Shown one piece after another: positions 52,123 to 62,902 of a DNA stretch of 64,000 bases. The notes under the pieces are model-generated. The model made no database searches, was not told where the DNA came from, and saw only the letters and a list, made by a program, of their open reading frames with translations. How positions within the stretch are numbered: the first letter of the stretch is position 1; each line of letters opens with the position of its first letter. This stretch comes from an uncultured Spirochaetota bacterium (GTDB lineage Bacteria > Spirochaetota > UBA4802 > UBA5550). Both the position numbers and the translations under genes were made by a program. The stretch spans positions 384,001-448,000 of the forward strand of contig CAWHAA010000004.1 in assembly GCA_963827275.1 (NCBI GenBank). The letters run 5' to 3'.

Positions 52123-52238
52123 AGCGGGGCTGGTATATCCGGCGTGTGCAATTTTGAGAGCTCCTCCCCCTCCCGCGACGGGAGGGAGCGGAGCGGCCCG
52201 CGCCGGCGTTGTGCCGGGCGCGGTTGAACGGCAGGGAG

Positions 52239-52634
52239 CTACTTGCTTTTTACCGTCGCCTTCAGTGCGAGCTCCTTGTAGCTTTTGCTGAAGGTGAACT
52301 TCGGGACCTTCGTCGCTTTTTTCGCCGCTATCGTGATCTCTTCTCCGGTGAGAGGGTTCCTGCCGAGGCGTTCTTTCGTGGCGGGCTTCACCTTGATGAA
52401 CAGCTTTCCGAATTTACCGACCGGCACGCGCTCTCCCTTGATGACGCCTGCATTGATGACATCAAACGTGTCGTCGATGATCTCCTGCGCCTTGGAACGC
52501 GGGATATCGTGCTTCTCGGAGATGTATTTGACAATGGTCTGGGCTGTGTACCTTTCGGGATAGCCGATCTTCGCCTTGACGCTGCTCTTTGCAGCGGTTT
52601 TTTTACTGTTTTTAGTTTTTTCTTTAGCCATCAT
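52239..52634 (-). CDS. HU family DNA-binding protein with Lys-rich N-terminal extension
   Basis: GKFG, R.GRNPLTGEEI.IAA, PKF. Confidence 0.9.
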   Translation of the reverse strand: MMAKEKTKNSKKTAAKSSVKAKIGYPERYTAQTIVKYISEKHDIPRSKAQEIIDDTFDVINAGVIKGERVPVGKFGKLFIKVKPATKERLGRNPLTGEEITIAAKKATKVPKFTFSKSYKELALKATVKSK

Positions 52635-52668
52635 AGCTCCTTCTAAGTATGTTATTTTTTTTCAGCCA

Positions 52669-52805
52669 GGGAATTTTCGATCTCCTCCGCAACGAAAGAC
52701 CCCCGGTAAAGCATACGGCGTAATATGGCCGTCTCGCCAACAAGGGATTTCTGTAACACCCCCCCTTGTTCCTTTGCCGGGCCTGTGCGCTGTCGGAGAA
52801 GTTCC
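52669..52805 (-). ncRNA. Candidate structured RNA / 5' leader of the HU gene
   Basis: Long interrupted stem closing two hairpins; several G-U pairs only on the minus strand. Confidence 0.45.
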
Positions 52806-52896
52806 GCATGATTGAAGTGATAGATACTATCACCCAATACTAATTGAGTAACGTAGTTCCCGCTAAAACGTCAAGCATTTTATATATGCCGGCGCC

Positions 52897-53649
52897 CTAT
52901 TTGCGGAACCCGCCCAGGCGTTCCGCCGTGTCGTTGATTTCGAAATCGCTCGTGAATTCGAGCGAGAGGCTCTCGTCGAGCGTCATCGACTCGTTCTCGT
53001 TATAGAGGCGCTTGTATGCGGCGACCGATTCAGCGCTGTTGCCCATGATCTTGCCGGCCAGGTCCCGCAGCGCGTCCTCGAGCGCATCGGCGGGGACCGC
53101 CATGTTCACCAGCCCGATACGCGCGGCTTCCCGCCCGGTTATCGCCTCCGCCGTGAAGGAGAGCTCCTTCGCCTTGAGGAAGCCGACCCTGCGCGGCAGG
53201 CGCGCGCTCATTCCCCACGTCGGCCGGAGCCCCCACTTCGCGTGCGTGTCGCCGATCTTCGCCTGTTCCGACGCGATCACGAGGTCGCACGCAAGCGCGA
53301 TCTCGAGGGCGCCGGTGAAGCAGAAGCCGTTCAGCGCCGCGATCACGACCCTGGGGGCCTCCCGGATGGCGCGGATAAGGCCGCGCGCGGGCAGGTCCAG
53401 GATGTCGCCCACCTTGCCCCGCTCGAGCGCGCGGTCTCCCAGGGACTTCAGATCGACCCCTGCGCAGAAGGCCCTGCCCGCCCCGGTAAGCACGATGACG
53501 CCGACATCGGGGTCGTTCCCGGCCCCGGCCACCGCGCCCGTCAACTCGGCGAGCATCGTCGGGGTGATCGCGTTCATCGCCTCCGGGCGGTTCATGGTGA
53601 TCCTCGCGATCCCCGCGTTGTTTTCAGAGGTGATTGTTTCGTATGGCAT
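52897..53649 (-). CDS. Enoyl-CoA hydratase/isomerase family protein
   Basis: MNRPEAMNA, AFCAGVDL, GALEIALACD. Confidence 0.92.
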   Translation of the reverse strand: MPYETITSENNAGIARITMNRPEAMNAITPTMLAELTGAVAGAGNDPDVGVIVLTGAGRAFCAGVDLKSLGDRALERGKVGDILDLPARGLIRAIREAPRVVIAALNGFCFTGALEIALACDLVIASEQAKIGDTHAKWGLRPTWGMSARLPRRVGFLKAKELSFTAEAITGREAARIGLVNMAVPADALEDALRDLAGKIMGNSAESVAAYKRLYNENESMTLDESLSLEFTSDFEINDTAERLGGFRK

Positions 53650-53706
53650 GTTCGTCTCCTCGGGCGAAGGGCCGGCGCCGCCGGGCGGCGCGGGGCCATG
53701 GCGTTC

Positions 53707-54942
53707 TCAGAATTCAAGCAGGAGCAGGGTGATGTCGTCCTCGATCGGGTTCTTTGACGAAAAGGACTTCACGTCGTCATAAATGCGGTCCACGATGCCG
53801 CCATCGTTTTTTTCGATGAGTCCCCTGAAGGTGCTCTTCAGGCGCGCCTCCGAATACATTTCTCCCCGCGGGTTTTTCTGCTCGATGATCCCGTCGGTGA
53901 AAAAGAGTATGCGGTCGCCTTTTTCAAGGCGGTATTCGACCTGCCCGAAGCGCGGCTTCTTGATGAGGCCCAGCCCTGTCCCGGCGCAGTTGATTTCGAC
54001 GAAGTCCCCCGTACGTTTTTTCCAGAAGAGAGGGTGGGGGTGCCCTGCCTTTGCCAGCTTGATGCGTTTCTTCTGCATGTCCACCAGCGCATAGTAGCAG
54101 GTGGCGTAGAGCTGCGGTATGGCGCCCAGGAAATGGGTGTTGAGGAACTTCATGAGCCGGGTCGGCTTTTCGCCGAGCTCCTCCATGGAAAGCGAGTAGG
54201 CGCTTTTCAGCACCCCGGTGCCCAGCGCGGAGGTGATGCCGTGACCCATGATGTCGGCGATGATGATGGCGGCCCGGCCGCGCCTGAGCGCGGACACGTT
54301 GAGGAAGTCGCCGCCGATCTCGATGCAGGGCCGGTACAGGTAGGAATGCCTGACACCGGGGAGAATGGGGTCCTGCAAATCAAGGAGGTCGCGGTTGATG
54401 AAATAGCTCTGTATCTTTCTGGCCAGGGAGAGGTCGCGGCTCAGCTCTTCCAGCCGGGTGGATTTCTGGCGCAGGGTGTGCTGCGAGAACGCGAAGTTCG
54501 AGATGATGCTCCTGAAGCGGGAGAAGGTGACCTCGAGGCAGTTCTTGTAAAAGGCGCCGGATATGGCGCTGTTTCTCGCCAGCAGGGCGTCAAAGTCCTT
54601 CTTCGACAGGCGGAACAGCTCTGTCTCTTCCGCGGTGACGACGTTGGCCGACCGCGGCATGTTGTCGACCAGCGAAAATTCGCCGAAATAGGAGCCGGAG
54701 TAGAGGGTCTCGAGCAATATCTCCTCGTTTGCCTCGTCGGTCTTGGTCACCTTCACGGAGCCCCGAATGATGACACACATGGAATCGCCGTGCGATCCTT
54801 CCTTGATGATATACACGCCGGGCGGGAATGACTCCTGGCGGAGCAGGGGTATGATGTCAGCGTAATCGGCCGCTTCCAGTCCCTGGAAGATCGGGATATT
54901 GCCGAGGATGTTGATGATGTCCCTGTTCTTGTGTGCGGTCAT
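53707..54942 (-). CDS. cNMP-binding domain + SpoIIE (PP2C) phosphatase
   Basis: FGEFSL..PRSA (cNMP); GGDF, ADIMGHG, FTDG, DDIT (PP2C). Confidence 0.9.
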   Translation of the reverse strand: MTAHKNRDIINILGNIPIFQGLEAADYADIIPLLRQESFPPGVYIIKEGSHGDSMCVIIRGSVKVTKTDEANEEILLETLYSGSYFGEFSLVDNMPRSANVVTAEETELFRLSKKDFDALLARNSAISGAFYKNCLEVTFSRFRSIISNFAFSQHTLRQKSTRLEELSRDLSLARKIQSYFINRDLLDLQDPILPGVRHSYLYRPCIEIGGDFLNVSALRRGRAAIIIADIMGHGITSALGTGVLKSAYSLSMEELGEKPTRLMKFLNTHFLGAIPQLYATCYYALVDMQKKRIKLAKAGHPHPLFWKKRTGDFVEINCAGTGLGLIKKPRFGQVEYRLEKGDRILFFTDGIIEQKNPRGEMYSEARLKSTFRGLIEKNDGGIVDRIYDDVKSFSSKNPIEDDITLLLLEF

Positions 54943-54955
54943 GGCGGGGCCGGGC

Positions 54956-55801
54956 TTACCTGTTCAGGCTCGACAGCTCCTTTTTCATCGAATTGAAGCG
55001 GTCGAGGTACATATTATATATCTCCGGCGTGGTCAGGAATTTCTGCTTCCCGTTTACGTTGATGAGCCGGCGCTGCGACTTCTTTTTTTTCAATATGAGG
55101 TATGCCGCTTCGAGTATCCCGAGGGCCTGGCATACCAGGGTCGTGATCTCGACGTAGGTGTAATTCAGCTGGCCGAACTTCGCCAGCCCGCCGGTCTCAA
55201 GGGCCACCGCCTCGTCGGAATCGAGGCCGGTGCTCATTTTTTTTTCATAGTAATAATCGAGCAGGAAAAAATAACTCGGCTTCATCGCGTTCAGGATGTC
55301 CCATGCCGACTGGTAGAACCGCTCCAGTTTCCGCAGGGGGCTCTCCTCGGCTTCCGCGTCGACGATGAAGTCGTCCTTTATCAGGTTAACGTTGTCTATC
55401 TGGCTGATGAAGGTGCCGGCCCCGGGATAATACGCGTGCAGTGTGATGCGGTATTCATCGACCTGCGGGAATATGTCCTGATAGATTTTATTTCTCTTGA
55501 GAAAGTTCTTCCATACGCTGCCGAGCCATTTCATTACATCGTCGGAGAGCACCAGCTGGCCGCGCTGCTTGAGGTTGTACAGAATATTGGAAAGAAAGAA
55601 GAGGACATAATTGCTGCCGGAGGATTTCAGGTGGTCCTCGCACTTTTTGCGGTTCGCGGGATGATCCATGATCTCCTCGATGGCGTTCATCATCGTGTCG
55701 ATCATGTCGAGCGGGTACCGCTTGTAGGCGAGCGAGGCCATGACGGCATCGCCGATTTCCTCAAGGGTCTTGGGGATGTTGAGTTCAGCGGTATCGCGCA
55801 T
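54956..55801 (-). CDS. Hypothetical helical protein
   Basis: 281-aa ORF, normal codon use, ends 13 nt before the SpoIIE gene. Confidence 0.7.
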   Translation of the reverse strand: MRDTAELNIPKTLEEIGDAVMASLAYKRYPLDMIDTMMNAIEEIMDHPANRKKCEDHLKSSGSNYVLFFLSNILYNLKQRGQLVLSDDVMKWLGSVWKNFLKRNKIYQDIFPQVDEYRITLHAYYPGAGTFISQIDNVNLIKDDFIVDAEAEESPLRKLERFYQSAWDILNAMKPSYFFLLDYYYEKKMSTGLDSDEAVALETGGLAKFGQLNYTYVEITTLVCQALGILEAAYLILKKKKSQRRLINVNGKQKFLTTPEIYNMYLDRFNSMKKELSSLNR

Positions 55802-55986
55802 CCGCTCTGTTCCTGCGTTACGTTTTTTATGAATACATTACTATGTTGTGAGCCGGATTTGAAGGTCTACCAGAAAATTTTATCTGTCAAGTATAATTCC
55901 GCGGCAATGGCCGCGCGCAGGAATACGCGGCCCGCTCAGGCTGATTTTTTTTCCGCGTACCGCGCCTGAAAATAATCATTGACGAC

Positions 55987-58110
55987 ATGGGAGAGGACTA
56001 TAGTGTTGAGGCATATCGGCGAATAGGTCGGCACATGGATTGTCTTCTCGTAAGAAACAAGAGTATCGTCCTTATATCGGAACTGGCGCGGGAATATGTC
56101 TCTGTCCCGGCGCACAATGAATGCACTGTCATCCAGGCCCGCGATATACGATCGGAAGTGCGCGCCCTGCTCGGAGCGCGGGGCGAAGACCATATCCTGG
56201 CGGTGCTGTTTGTCCGCGTCGGCGAATACCATGATTGCGATGCGATACTCGGCGCATGCTCCTTCGGCGAAATATCGTACCAGTTTGTCGTTTTCGGCAG
56301 CGAGCAGGAGGCCCTCCGGCTCGATTTTAATACGCTACGGGAAATATCGGAGTTCCGCCTGGCCCCCCTCTCCGGGCCCGAATTCACCATCGCGGTGCGG
56401 AAGTCCCTGCTGGCCATAAACGAGCTCTACATAAGCCGCTCTCTGCAGGAGTCCTACCTGGCGAAGCTGATAGATATGAAGAAGGACCAGGAAGACCTGG
56501 TCAACATCGGGCGGGCCCTCTCCATAGAAAAGAACCAGGAAAAGCTGCTCCGGCTGATCCTGTTCCTGAGCAAGCGCATCACGGGCGCGGACGCCGGGAG
56601 TATTTTCCTCGTCGAGGAGGGCCCCGAAGGAAAAAAGCACCTGCGGTTCAAATACTCGCATACCTATTCGCGCGACATCCCCCTCGAGGAGCGGGTCATT
56701 CCCATGGACAAGAAGTCGATCTCCGGGTATGTCGCCGTTACCGGCCAGGTGCTGAACATTCCCGACGCGAGCAGGCTCCCGGCGGGTGCGCCCTATTCCT
56801 TCAACACCTCGTTCGATGAAAAATACAGCTACCGGTCAAAGTCGATGCTGGTGGTCCCGATGAAAAACCACGTGGATGAAATCATCGGCGTGATCCAGCT
56901 TTTGAACTGCAAGGAGAGCCTGGACGTGGTCACCAACGGCGGGTACGAGGCCTTCAGCATCAAGCTCGAATCACCGGAGGACTTCGACCGCTACGTGGTG
57001 ACCTTTGATAAGAAATACGACAGCCTCATGGAGGCCGTGGCGGGCCAGGCCGCCATCGCCATAGAGAACAACCGTATGATTATGCAGATCCAGAACCAGT
57101 TCGAGGAGTTTGTCAAGGCGTCGGTGTCCGCCATCGAATCGCGCGACCCCGCCACCTCCGGCCACTCCTTCCGCGTGGCGGAGATATGCGTCGCGATGGC
57201 CCGGGCGGTGAACGATACGGATGAGGGCTACCTTAAGAATTTCAATTTCACGGAGACCCAGATCAAGGAGCTGGAGCTGGCCGCGCTCCTGCACGATTAC
57301 GGCAAGGTCTACATCGACCTGTCGGTATTCAAGAAATCCAAGAAGCTCTACCCGAAGGACTTCGACAGCCTGTGCCTCCGGCTGAATTACCTCTACCGGT
57401 TTCTGGAGATCCAGTACTCCGGCCGCGAAGCGGAGCTGCTGAAATCGGCGGGGAATAACGGGAACGCCGACACGGCGTACGACTCCCTGGTCAGGGAGAA
57501 GAGGGACCACCTCCGGAGGATCGTCGCCATCAAGGAAAAGCTGTGCGAGATGAACGAGCCGGCGCTGATGTATGAAAATCTTGAGGAGACCCTGGGGCGG
57601 ATAATATCCGAGATAGAGGAGGTCGAGTGCATCACCATGGACGGAGACCGCCTGCCGATCATTTCTCAGGCCGATAAAATAAATCTTTCGATCAGAAGGG
57701 GCAGCCTCAACCCGATGGAGAGGAAAGAGATCGAGAGCCACGTGACGCACACCTACTGCTTTGTGAGCAAGATCCCCTGGCCGCCCGAGTACCGGAACAT
57801 CCCGGAGATCGCGCTGCGGCACCATGAGAAGATGGACGGCACCGGGTACCCTGACGGCCTCAGGGGGCGGGAGAGCACCCTGCTGCAGTCGCGCATCATG
57901 GCAATCGCGGACATCTTTGACGCCCTGACGGCCGGCGACCGTCCCTACAAACAGGCGGTGCCTCTCGAGCGGGTGCTCGGCATCCTGGAGGATGAGGCCG
58001 CGCAGGGGGTGCTTGACCGCGACCTGGTGCGGCTTTTCATTGGCAGGAAAATATACGAGATGGCCGGTACGCACATGTATGGAAACGGGTTGAAAGAAAA
58101 TGCCGGTTAA
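55987..58110 (+). CDS. GAF + HD-GYP c-di-GMP phosphodiesterase
   Basis: ADAGSIF..IIGVIQLLN (GAF); HDYGK, HHEKMDGTGYP, ADIFDALT..RPYK. Confidence 0.9.
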   Translation: MGEDYSVEAYRRIGRHMDCLLVRNKSIVLISELAREYVSVPAHNECTVIQARDIRSEVRALLGARGEDHILAVLFVRVGEYHDCDAILGACSFGEISYQFVVFGSEQEALRLDFNTLREISEFRLAPLSGPEFTIAVRKSLLAINELYISRSLQESYLAKLIDMKKDQEDLVNIGRALSIEKNQEKLLRLILFLSKRITGADAGSIFLVEEGPEGKKHLRFKYSHTYSRDIPLEERVIPMDKKSISGYVAVTGQVLNIPDASRLPAGAPYSFNTSFDEKYSYRSKSMLVVPMKNHVDEIIGVIQLLNCKESLDVVTNGGYEAFSIKLESPEDFDRYVVTFDKKYDSLMEAVAGQAAIAIENNRMIMQIQNQFEEFVKASVSAIESRDPATSGHSFRVAEICVAMARAVNDTDEGYLKNFNFTETQIKELELAALLHDYGKVYIDLSVFKKSKKLYPKDFDSLCLRLNYLYRFLEIQYSGREAELLKSAGNNGNADTAYDSLVREKRDHLRRIVAIKEKLCEMNEPALMYENLEETLGRIISEIEEVECITMDGDRLPIISQADKINLSIRRGSLNPMERKEIESHVTHTYCFVSKIPWPPEYRNIPEIALRHHEKMDGTGYPDGLRGRESTLLQSRIMAIADIFDALTAGDRPYKQAVPLERVLGILEDEAAQGVLDRDLVRLFIGRKIYEMAGTHMYGNGLKENAG

Positions 58111-58588
58111 CGGGAAACGCATCACCGCCCGGTTGCTGAAGGAGATGACCGTGCTCTTTGTCTCGGCGTGCGCCTTCGGCGCGGCCGTCAACCTCCTGCA
58201 CCCGCGCGGGTTTGTGCTGGTGAGCAGGCCGGAGATCGACGAGCGGTCGATAGTGGCGATATCGGTTGACGAGGCGCGGGTAAAGCGCGACGCAGGCGCG
58301 CTTTTCGTTGACGCGCGGGAGCGGGCCGAATACGAGTATGCCCGCATACCCGGGGCGGTCTCCGTCCCGCTGCTCGATCTGCTTGAGCCGAAGGGCGCGG
58401 GTCCCGACCTCTCCTTTCTTGACCGGCGGGACGAGGTGGTCATTTACTGTGAAAGCGCCGCCTGCGGCGCGTCCCGCACCCTGGCAAAGCTGTTCAGGGA
58501 GCGGGGATACGGCAGGGTGCTCTATATCATGGAAAAGGGCTTCACGGAGTGGCGATCGCAGGGATGCCCCGTGGAGCGGGGTGAATAG
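58100..58588 (+). CDS. Membrane-anchored rhodanese-like protein
   Basis: FVDAR, RIPGA, VIYCESAAC, GF.EW. Confidence 0.85.
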   Translation: MPVNGKRITARLLKEMTVLFVSACAFGAAVNLLHPRGFVLVSRPEIDERSIVAISVDEARVKRDAGALFVDARERAEYEYARIPGAVSVPLLDLLEPKGAGPDLSFLDRRDEVVIYCESAACGASRTLAKLFRERGYGRVLYIMEKGFTEWRSQGCPVERGE

Positions 58589-59122
58589 ATGAATGGTGAA
58601 AGCGGGATACGGCGGGCGATCGGCGGGGTGCTGTACGGGAATTGGCTCACGACCGCGGTGCGGTTGCCGCTCGGCGGGCTGATGCTTTTTTCCGGGGCGG
58701 TAAAGATGGCTGACCCGTCGCTCTTCGCGGCGGCGGTCGTTCAGTATGACATCCTCCCCGCGCTCCTCGCTCCCTATGCCGCGTTGGTGATCCCGGCCCT
58801 TGAATGCATCATCGGCCTCTCGCTCCTCGCAGGGTTCAGGGTGAGGGCATCCTCCGCCATCGCCGTCCTGCTCATGGCCGTTTTCATGATCGCCGTATCG
58901 GTCAACCTGGCGCGCGGGCGCCTGATCGATTGCGGCTGTTTCCAGCCGGCCTTAACCGGCCTGGGTTCTGCCGGGACCCTGGGGCCCTGGCTCCTTGTCC
59001 GCAATGCGGCGTTACTCGCCGGGTTTGCGCTGCTGTTCCGCGCCGACCGGCACCTCCTGTCGCTCGAACATTCGATCGAGAAGTCAAAACTAAAAAACCT
59101 GGAAAAATCGAAGTACGAGTAG
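58589..59122 (+). CDS. MauE/DoxX family membrane protein
   Basis: SGAVK..P..F, IDCGCF, RN. Confidence 0.85.
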   Translation: MNGESGIRRAIGGVLYGNWLTTAVRLPLGGLMLFSGAVKMADPSLFAAAVVQYDILPALLAPYAALVIPALECIIGLSLLAGFRVRASSAIAVLLMAVFMIAVSVNLARGRLIDCGCFQPALTGLGSAGTLGPWLLVRNAALLAGFALLFRADRHLLSLEHSIEKSKLKNLEKSKYE

Positions 59123-59269
59123 CGCCGGGACGGCTCCGGACCCCCTTGTATCCGCATATTCATCTTTCAATCTGGATCGGACAAAATTGAGGTTTGACAA
59201 ATTTTAACCGATTTTTAATAGTTGCCCCTGTTTAATGAAAGTATAGATAATGTAAAAAAAGGATCAATC

Positions 59270-60484
59270 ATGAGCGGACAGATAATACAGTATGAACATG
59301 GCAAAATCACCGTGCCGGACAACCCGGTGATACTCTTCATGGAGGGCGATGGTACCGGCCCGGACATCTGGCGCGCGACAAAGATAGCGCTCGATGCCGC
59401 GGTTGAGAAAAGCTACGCCGGCAGGAGGAAGATCGACTGGAGGGAGGTCATGGCCGGCGAAAAATCGTTCAAGGAGACCGGCAGCTGGCTCCCGGACGCG
59501 ACCCTTGACGCGATCCGCACATTCAAGGTGGCGATCAAGGGGCCTCTTACCACGCCGGTGGGCGGCGGGATCCGGAGCATCAACGTGACCCTGCGGCAGA
59601 AGCTGAAGCTGTATGCCTGCGTCAGGCCCGTCCGCTACCTGCAGGGCGTGCCGAGCCCGGTCAAGCAGCCGGAGAAGGTGAACATGGTGATCTACCGGGA
59701 GAACATGGAGGACGTGTACGCCGGCATCGAGTGGAAGCAGGGGAGCCCGGAAGCGGGCAGGGTGATCGGCTTCCTGACGAAGGAGATGGGCGCCGACATC
59801 CCCGCAGACGCCGGCATCGGCATCAAGCCGATCAGCATGCAGAACTCGAAAAACCTGGTGCGGCGGGCGATCGAGTACGCCATCGACAATCACCGCGCCT
59901 CGGTGACCCTGGTGCACAAGGGCAATATCATGAAGTTCACTGAAGGGGCGTTCCGCGACTGGGGATACGAGGTCGCGCGGGAAGAATTCGGCGGGCGCAC
60001 GATCACCGAGGACGAGCTGTGGAAGTCCCATGACGGGAAGGCGCCAGCGGGAACGATCGTGGTCAAGGACCGGATCGCGGACGCCATGTTCCAGCAGATC
60101 ATCCTGCGCCCCGACGAGTATGATGTTATCGCCACGCCCAACCTGAACGGCGACTACCTCTCCGACGCGCTTGCGGCGCAGGTGGGAGGTCTCGGCATGG
60201 CGCCGGGGGCGAACATCGGCGACAGCGAGGCGGTATTCGAGGCGACCCACGGCACCGCGCCGAAATACGCGGGCCAGGACAAGGTAAACCCCGGCTCGCT
60301 GATCCTTTCCGGCGAGATGATGCTCCGTTTCCTGGGATGGAAGGAGGCCGCCGACCTGCTGATACGGGGCCTGGAGAAGACGATACAGCAGAAGAAGGTC
60401 ACCTACGACCTGGAGCGCCAGATGCAGGGCGCGACCCTGCTGAAATGCTCTGAATTCGGCAGGGCAGTTTCTGAAAATATGTAA
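59270..60484 (+). CDS. icd: Isocitrate dehydrogenase (NADP+, E. coli-type)
   Basis: [45 protein letters not shown]. Confidence 0.97.
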   Translation: MSGQIIQYEHGKITVPDNPVILFMEGDGTGPDIWRATKIALDAAVEKSYAGRRKIDWREVMAGEKSFKETGSWLPDATLDAIRTFKVAIKGPLTTPVGGGIRSINVTLRQKLKLYACVRPVRYLQGVPSPVKQPEKVNMVIYRENMEDVYAGIEWKQGSPEAGRVIGFLTKEMGADIPADAGIGIKPISMQNSKNLVRRAIEYAIDNHRASVTLVHKGNIMKFTEGAFRDWGYEVAREEFGGRTITEDELWKSHDGKAPAGTIVVKDRIADAMFQQIILRPDEYDVIATPNLNGDYLSDALAAQVGGLGMAPGANIGDSEAVFEATHGTAPKYAGQDKVNPGSLILSGEMMLRFLGWKEAADLLIRGLEKTIQQKKVTYDLERQMQGATLLKCSEFGRAVSENM

Positions 60485-60561
60485 AAAAAATGAGAACCGG
60501 GCGGCCACTGCCGCGGTCTCTCTATGATGTATTTTATTATGGAAGGAGCTTGTCAATTGTC

Positions 60562-61239
60562 ATGAAAACCGGTGGAAAAACCGTTATCTTTATCCTGTCA
60601 TTATTTCTCGCCCAGGCGTTCTCGTTCCGCGCCGCTGCTGACAACAGCTGGAAGCTGCAGAAGAACAAGGACGGTATTCGCGCCTATCTCAGGGACGTTC
60701 CGGATCAGAATCTGAAGGAATTCCTCGGCGTGATGCTTGTCAGGGGGATCCGCCTGTCAAGCATGGTCGCCACCTTCGATGATACCGCTTCGTACACGAG
60801 GTGGATGCATAATTGCACGGAGTCGAAGCTGCTCAGGTATATCAACATACAGGAGCGGATCACCTACACGGTCACCGATGCACCCTGGCCGGCGACCGAC
60901 AGGGACGTCGTCGTCTATTCCCTCATGAGCCAGGACCCGGAGGACAAGTCGGTCACCATCGCCATCACGGGCAAGCCCGATTACCTGCCCGCCCAGCCGC
61001 GCAGGCTCAGGATCCCCATGATGAAAGCGACCTGGACCTTCAGGCCGTTGAAGTCGGGGGACGTCATGATTGCCTACCAGACGGTCACCGATCCGGGCGG
61101 CCCCCTGCCGCGGGAACTCCTGAACCTCTCCGTGGTCGATCTTCCGTATTTCACGATGCACAAGTTCAGGAATGTAATTAAGGAAGATCGATACGCGGCG
61201 GCCGCCTACCCGGTCATCAACGAGCCGGCGATACACTGA
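60562..61239 (+). CDS. START domain lipid-binding protein
   Basis: Signal peptide; W.L.K.KDGI, APWP..DRD, DPGG.LP. Confidence 0.85.
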   Translation: MKTGGKTVIFILSLFLAQAFSFRAAADNSWKLQKNKDGIRAYLRDVPDQNLKEFLGVMLVRGIRLSSMVATFDDTASYTRWMHNCTESKLLRYINIQERITYTVTDAPWPATDRDVVVYSLMSQDPEDKSVTIAITGKPDYLPAQPRRLRIPMMKATWTFRPLKSGDVMIAYQTVTDPGGPLPRELLNLSVVDLPYFTMHKFRNVIKEDRYAAAAYPVINEPAIH

Positions 61240-61321
61240 CCCCATGACGGCATAATCATTTATCAACCTGGGCCGCCGCCCTGCGGGCCGTGCGCGCGGG
61301 AGCGCGTGCGCAATCAACGGT

Positions 61322-61732
61322 TCAATGGAACCCGCTTCGTGCGCTATCGCCCGTGAGGAGCAGGAGCAGGGGCACTTCGCAGGCAAGGATGGCCGTCCTT
61401 GTCAGAAGCAGCGGCAGGGAGGCCGGATCGATCGGCGCGGCCTGCGCCAGCGCATAGAACAGGAACCCGGCGGCGAACGCCGCGTGCAGGTCGATGACGG
61501 CAAGCTGGAGTTTCCGGTGCAGATCGCTTCCCAGGTAGAGCCGGATGATATGATAGGTCAGGAGCAGGGTCAGCGCAGATCCGGCCATGATGGATACCGC
61601 CTTGCCATACAGGAAAAGGAGACCGAACATGAGGGCTATGATCTCCAGGTAGTAGAGCGTGGCCATGTAGGCGGAAACTTTTCCGGCCCTGTTTTTAAAG
61701 AATAATACCGCTTCATGCGTAAATGCTTTCAT
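61322..61732 (-). CDS. Hypothetical membrane protein
   Basis: Four hydrophobic segments. Confidence 0.55.
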   Translation of the reverse strand: MKAFTHEAVLFFKNRAGKVSAYMATLYYLEIIALMFGLLFLYGKAVSIMAGSALTLLLTYHIIRLYLGSDLHRKLQLAVIDLHAAFAAGFLFYALAQAAPIDPASLPLLLTRTAILACEVPLLLLLTGDSARSGFH

Positions 61733-61940
61733 CCCGCTCCCGCTCCGGTGATCACAGATCATCCCGCTTTTCTGTTGTTGCTGTCAACCAGATTATCCTG
61801 CCTGCTGTCGCCCGTCTGCCCTGCCAGGGCATAAAACGCCGCCTACCCGTTAAATTGTTGTGGACAGGGGCAATCAGGTGTGCTATATATATCAATGATC
61901 AGGTTTTTTGCGATACTACATCTACCAGAAGATACCTTTT

Positions 61941-62877
61941 ATGAAATATTTATTGATGACATGTTTCATTTTCTGCGCCGGTTTTGCGGCGGCCGCCGCT
62001 GAAGCGGATTGCACGCGGTATGTGGACCAGACCTATCGCTACAGCGTCTGCGTGCCGGAGAAATGGAGTAGATCCTACAGGGAGGGGGACGTCGCCAATG
62101 TCCTCCGGCTGTCTCGGCGTGACGGCGCGAAAATCACCGTCTCCGCTTCCCGCTATGAGGGCGACAACAGGACCAGGTGGGAAAATCCCAGGCGGTGGCA
62201 TGCGCGTACAATCGGGACCGGCTACCTGAAGGTCATTGATTCAAAGGAGATAGCGGTCGGCGGCAACGTCTCCATCCGGATACATGTGGTTGACTATCGC
62301 ACGCGCGCGGGGAAGATCCTCCAGCGCACCATGCTCATGAAGTACGGGGACGCCCTGCTGTCCGTCGAGTGCCGTGCGCCGCTGAAGGTCTTTGCCAGGC
62401 ATACGGAAAGGTTTAACGCATTTATGTCGGGCGTGGACGTGTCCGGGGATCTCCAGGGTGAACCGATGGAGCTCCTGAAATCACCGGACAGGAAGCCTGC
62501 CCCGGCGGCGCGGAAACAGAGGGGAAGCCGGAACGAAGCCGGAACCGAAGCCGGAACCGGAAGTGATCATACAACCGGAGCCGGAAGTGATCAAACAACC
62601 GGAACTGAAACCGGAGCCCGTACCGGCGCCGGTAGAGGAAATGAAGCCCCTGGTTGAAGAGGACCCGAACGGAGAAAACAGGCCTGACGCACAGATCAAC
62701 AGGATTGATGATAACAAAACAGACACCAAAATGAAACCGGAATCCGGGGCTGAAACCATGAAGGCTCCGGAGCCCGAAGCCGTGACTGATCCGGCGACCA
62801 AATTGTACATGGACGATGAGCGCAACAAGATACAGAAACTTGAACAGGATGGTATTATCGAGAAGATAAACGAATAG
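61941..62877 (+). CDS. Exported PsbP-like protein with Pro/Glu-rich linker; frameshift near 62533
   Basis: Signal peptide; Y.D..Y.YS...P.KW; KPEP/EPEVI repeats resume in ORF 62563-62877. Confidence 0.5.
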
Positions 62878-62902
62878 CTGGCGTCGCCGCCATGCCGGGC
62901 CC

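Noticed and set aside
52669..52805. Identification as 6S, SRP or RNase P RNA
   Set aside because: Lacks the SRP GGAA-loop motif, the RNase P consensus and the 6S central bubble; kept only as an unknown structure
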